The position numbers were made by a program, and so were the translations under genes. Below, one piece after another: positions 33,470 to 36,150 of a DNA stretch of 36,150 nt. The stretch's first letter is position 1. The number at the start of each line of letters is the position of its first letter. This DNA is from a virus (taxonomy: Duplodnaviria; Heunggongvirae; Uroviricota; Caudoviricetes), in the IMG/VR virus record IMGVR_UViG_3300046804_001959. The stretch is one strand, 5' to 3'. The notes beneath the pieces were generated by a model. That model searched no databases, had not been told where the DNA came from, and was given only the letters and a program-made list of their open reading frames with translations.

Positions 33470-34551
33470 AACGTAAATCCTTTGAACGTGTTTTCGTCCA
33501 CGTCTTTCTTGACTCCACCAATCACATAACTAGTAATCTCTGTTTCTTGAGGAGCAACCTGAACCTCAGAACCTGAGATCCACTTCTGTGTCCACGGCAA
33601 CGGGTTTGCACCTGGCTTACCGTTCAGACCGATGTTGCCCATTCTCTTGGCAGCAATATGATCTACGTAGTCGCAAAGCAATTGCTCATTCAAACCGATC
33701 ATCGACCCGTCTTTAAATAGGTAGCGCGCCCACGATTTCTCCTGCTCAACCACACTATAGAACATCGCGATGCAATCCTCGCGTGTCTCATCCTGTATGC
33801 GCGCAAAGTCCTCATCTTCTTTTGGAAGAATTTTGAGGAGCTGCTGAGTGCTGGCAAGGTGAACGTTTTCGTCGCGTGCGATGAGTTTAATGATCTTAGC
33901 GTTGCCCTCCATCTTCTTAACTTCTGCAAACGCCCAACTGCAGGCGAAACTGACATAGAACCTTACTCCTTCAAGTGCGTTGACTGCATTCAGACACATC
34001 CATAGATCACGCTTATGATCGTAAGCATGCTTCTTGTCATGCTTGAAGAGAGCGTACTGGTTGTTGGCAGTGATGAGACGATCGTAGTACTTACTGATGT
34101 CGTTAGCGCAGTCTACGATTTCCTGGATGTCGAGCATCTCATCGAAGACTTTACTCGGATCAGAGTAGATGTTACGAATGATATGAGTGTACGAACGCGA
34201 GTGAATAGTCTCGCTAAACGCCCATGTTTGGATCCACGTTTCCAGTTCCGGCAACGAACACACTGGAAGAAAAGCCAGAGAAGGGGCTCTGCCCTGCACG
34301 CTATCAAGAAGGATCTGACGTTTGAGGTTGGACGTAAAGATGTGCTTTTCATTATCAGTCAGTCCCTTGAAATCTTTACCGTCTCTCGATAGATCTACCT
34401 CTTCCGGTCTCCAAAAGAAACCGAGCTGCTTGTCTGTTAACTTTTCGAAAATAGAATAGCGTTGCTTGTCGTAGCGAGCGATGTTGACAGGCTCGCCAAA
34501 GAAGCAAGTTTGTTGTGTGGCATCTTCATGGTTGATGCTGAATACAGTCAT
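33466..34551 (-). CDS. nrdB: Ribonucleotide reductase class Ia beta subunit
   Basis: FFWRPEEVDL, QILLDSVQGR, ETIHSRSYTHI, LEGVRFYVSFACS, IARDENVH, QVAPQETEITSY. Confidence 0.97.
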   Translation of the reverse strand: MTVFSINHEDATQQTCFFGEPVNIARYDKQRYSIFEKLTDKQLGFFWRPEEVDLSRDGKDFKGLTDNEKHIFTSNLKRQILLDSVQGRAPSLAFLPVCSLPELETWIQTWAFSETIHSRSYTHIIRNIYSDPSKVFDEMLDIQEIVDCANDISKYYDRLITANNQYALFKHDKKHAYDHKRDLWMCLNAVNALEGVRFYVSFACSWAFAEVKKMEGNAKIIKLIARDENVHLASTQQLLKILPKEDEDFARIQDETREDCIAMFYSVVEQEKSWARYLFKDGSMIGLNEQLLCDYVDHIAAKRMGNIGLNGKPGANPLPWTQKWISGSEVQVAPQETEITSYVIGGVKKDVDENTFKGFTL

Positions 34552-34563
34552 TAATTTCTCCGT

Positions 34564-34752
34564 TTACCAATCTTTTGCTTCGAGCCACTCGATCTGGTTC
34601 TGTGCTACTACTCGAGTAGTAGTTTCTCCAGATCCTGTATCTTCTAGCACGAGAGTTACTGCAGTTGAGTCTGGGCGAGTAGAATACTCTAACACTGCCC
34701 AGACTTTACCTGCGTCATCCCACCTATCATTATCAAGTTTAATGTACTGCAT
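34564..34752 (-). CDS. Hypothetical 62-aa protein
   Basis: ORF coupled to the upstream gene (TAATG), between nrdA and nrdB. Confidence 0.7.
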   Translation of the reverse strand: MQYIKLDNDRWDDAGKVWAVLEYSTRPDSTAVTLVLEDTGSGETTTRVVAQNQIEWLEAKDW

Positions 34753-34898
34753 TATCTACCTTGTCCACGATAAGCTTTGAAGCTTCTCTTCTTGTGTTTA
34801 TTCATCGTCGAGAACTTCGGCCGACGAGTGTCTTGTGATGTTCCTGTTACGATAGGAACATGTCTAGTGATTGTTGCTGACGGCGCTTTCTTTGCCAT
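34752..34898 (-). CDS. Basic 48-aa protein ending KRSFKAYRGQGR
   Basis: Not in the track: MAKKAPSATITRHVPIVTGTSQDTRRPKFSTMNKHKKRSFKAYRGQGR. SD CAGGAG; the C-terminal YRGQG motif recalls a small protein common in T4-like phages. Confidence 0.8.
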   Translation of the reverse strand: MAKKAPSATITRHVPIVTGTSQDTRRPKFSTMNKHKKRSFKAYRGQGR

Positions 34899-34909
34899 AT
34901 GATCTCCTG

Positions 34910-36150
34910 TTAGATTTTACAAGAGTCACAATCTCCATCATCTACTTGCCCTTGTGCGAGTGGTTTTGGTTCTTCAATCTCACCAGCACCGTCAAAGGTG
35001 TTGAAGTAGTACAGAGTCTTACCGCCGTACTTATAATGCATCAAGATATGCTTGATCATCTCAGACATCGGGATCTTCTCGTCCTCGTAATGACGAGGGT
35101 TGTAAGAAGTGTTTACCGAGATTGCCTGATCGATGAATTTCTGTAGGACTGCCATGATCTTCAGATAACCTTCTGGAGACTTTTGATCCCATAGTAACTC
35201 GTATTTATTCTTCAGCTTCTGAATACCTGGAACAACCTGCTTCAGAACACCGTCCTTCGATTGCTTGATCGATACAAGTGCTCGAGGAGGTTCGACACCG
35301 TTGGTAGAGTTACTGATCTGTGCAGATGTTTCGGCTGGCATAAGAGCCATCAGAGTCGAGTTACGAATGCCGATATCGTTGGCTCGGATCGACAGCGCGT
35401 TCCAGTCCATCTTATAGTTCGGAGCTACGAGCTCATCGACTTCCTGCTTGTATGTATCGATAGGCATGATGCCGCTGCCGTACTTGGTCTCGTCTGCCTT
35501 CGGACATGCACCTACTTCTTCAGCGAGATCTACAGATGCTTTGATAAGATAGTAGCTCCATGCTTCAGCATACTCATGAACCAAATCAAGGTTTGGATCA
35601 GAATAATTGGTGTCATTACGAGCAAGCCAATAAGCAAGATTAATGATACCGACGCCCAAAGGACGGCGATTGCGAGTACCAACAGCAGCGGCTCGAACAG
35701 GATAGTCCTGATAGTCAAGTAGAGCGTCGAGAGCACGTACGGCAATGGTGCACGGCTTCTCGAAGTCAGTTGGCTTTCTAATCTTTCCCCAATTGATTGC
35801 AGCAAGCGTGCAAAGGCTAATTTCGCCTGACTCATCATGAATGTCCTGTAGTGGTGTGGTTGGAAGAGTAATCTCACAGCAGAGGTTACTCATGCGAATG
35901 GGCGCTTTCTTCTTATCGAACGAACCATGATCGTTGGCATGGTCTACGTTCATCAGATAGATTCGGCCAGTGTCCTTTCGTTCGGTAACGAAGGCTGAGA
36001 AGAGATCAATCGCAGGGACGGTTTTTTTTCTGATTTTGGTGGAGCGTTCGTACTTTTCATAGAGTTCTCTAAACGTTTCAACGCTCGTGTAAAACGCCTC
36101 ATAGAGATCCGGGACATCACCAGGTGAGAAGAGGGTGATATTACCTCCAG
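34910..36150 (-). CDS. nrdA: Ribonucleotide reductase class Ia alpha subunit (C-terminal part; start lies beyond the window)
   Basis: SNLCCEI, LCTLAAIN, RRPLGVG, RNSTLMALMPAETSAQISNSTNG, DQAIS, KTLYY, C-terminal CDSCKI. The frame stays open to the window edge. Confidence 0.97.
   Translation of the reverse strand, partial: GGNITLFSPGDVPDLYEAFYTSVETFRELYEKYERSTKIRKKTVPAIDLFSAFVTERKDTGRIYLMNVDHANDHGSFDKKKAPIRMSNLCCEITLPTTPLQDIHDESGEISLCTLAAINWGKIRKPTDFEKPCTIAVRALDALLDYQDYPVRAAAVGTRNRRPLGVGIINLAYWLARNDTNYSDPNLDLVHEYAEAWSYYLIKASVDLAEEVGACPKADETKYGSGIMPIDTYKQEVDELVAPNYKMDWNALSIRANDIGIRNSTLMALMPAETSAQISNSTNGVEPPRALVSIKQSKDGVLKQVVPGIQKLKNKYELLWDQKSPEGYLKIMAVLQKFIDQAISVNTSYNPRHYEDEKIPMSEMIKHILMHYKYGGKTLYYFNTFDGAGEIEEPKPLAQGQVDDGDCDSCKI

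Noticed and set aside
33466-36150. Introns or inteins in nrdA/nrdB
   Set aside because: Both frames are continuous and of normal length within the window.
1-36150. Stop-codon reassignment
   Set aside because: Core genes are full length under the standard code and tile the window tightly.

Overview
This window is a 36-kb segment of a distant T4-like myophage genome. The host is probably an alphaproteobacterium, possibly a sphingomonad, inferred from a permuted tmRNA with an ANDN...ALAA tag and from alphaproteobacterial-style TonB-box motifs. The left part (1-16.2 kb) is a late structural module. A minus-strand baseplate operon (gp48, gp53, gp27-like hub, gp5 without lysozyme, two unknowns, gp25, gp6, partial gp7) diverges at a palindromic double late promoter from gp4, gp2, gp54-like, gp26/gp51 and two paralogous ~720-aa tape-measure/ejection-type proteins. 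The rest is all on the minus strand: gp32, gp59, gp33, a SleB-type cell-wall hydrolase with a long structured leader, a two-piece tmRNA, a secreted nuclease, early-promoter cassettes with small ORFs and a DUF932 protein, an exonuclease, PhoH, RNase H, a heptose-type sugar cluster (HAD phosphatase, GT4, HddA-like kinase, GmhA, methyltransferase), glutaredoxin, small basic proteins, a SpeD-like decarboxylase, a GIY-YIG nuclease, nrdB and partial nrdA. The most notable observations are: tandem TonB-box motifs inside a putative injected virion protein, a T_TTT_TTT -1 slippery site that would fuse gp26 to gp51, the permuted tmRNA with a structured intervening segment, an unexplained multi-stem leader RNA, and the heptose/glycosylation cluster. 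All assignments come from motif recognition and gene order; no database searches were run.
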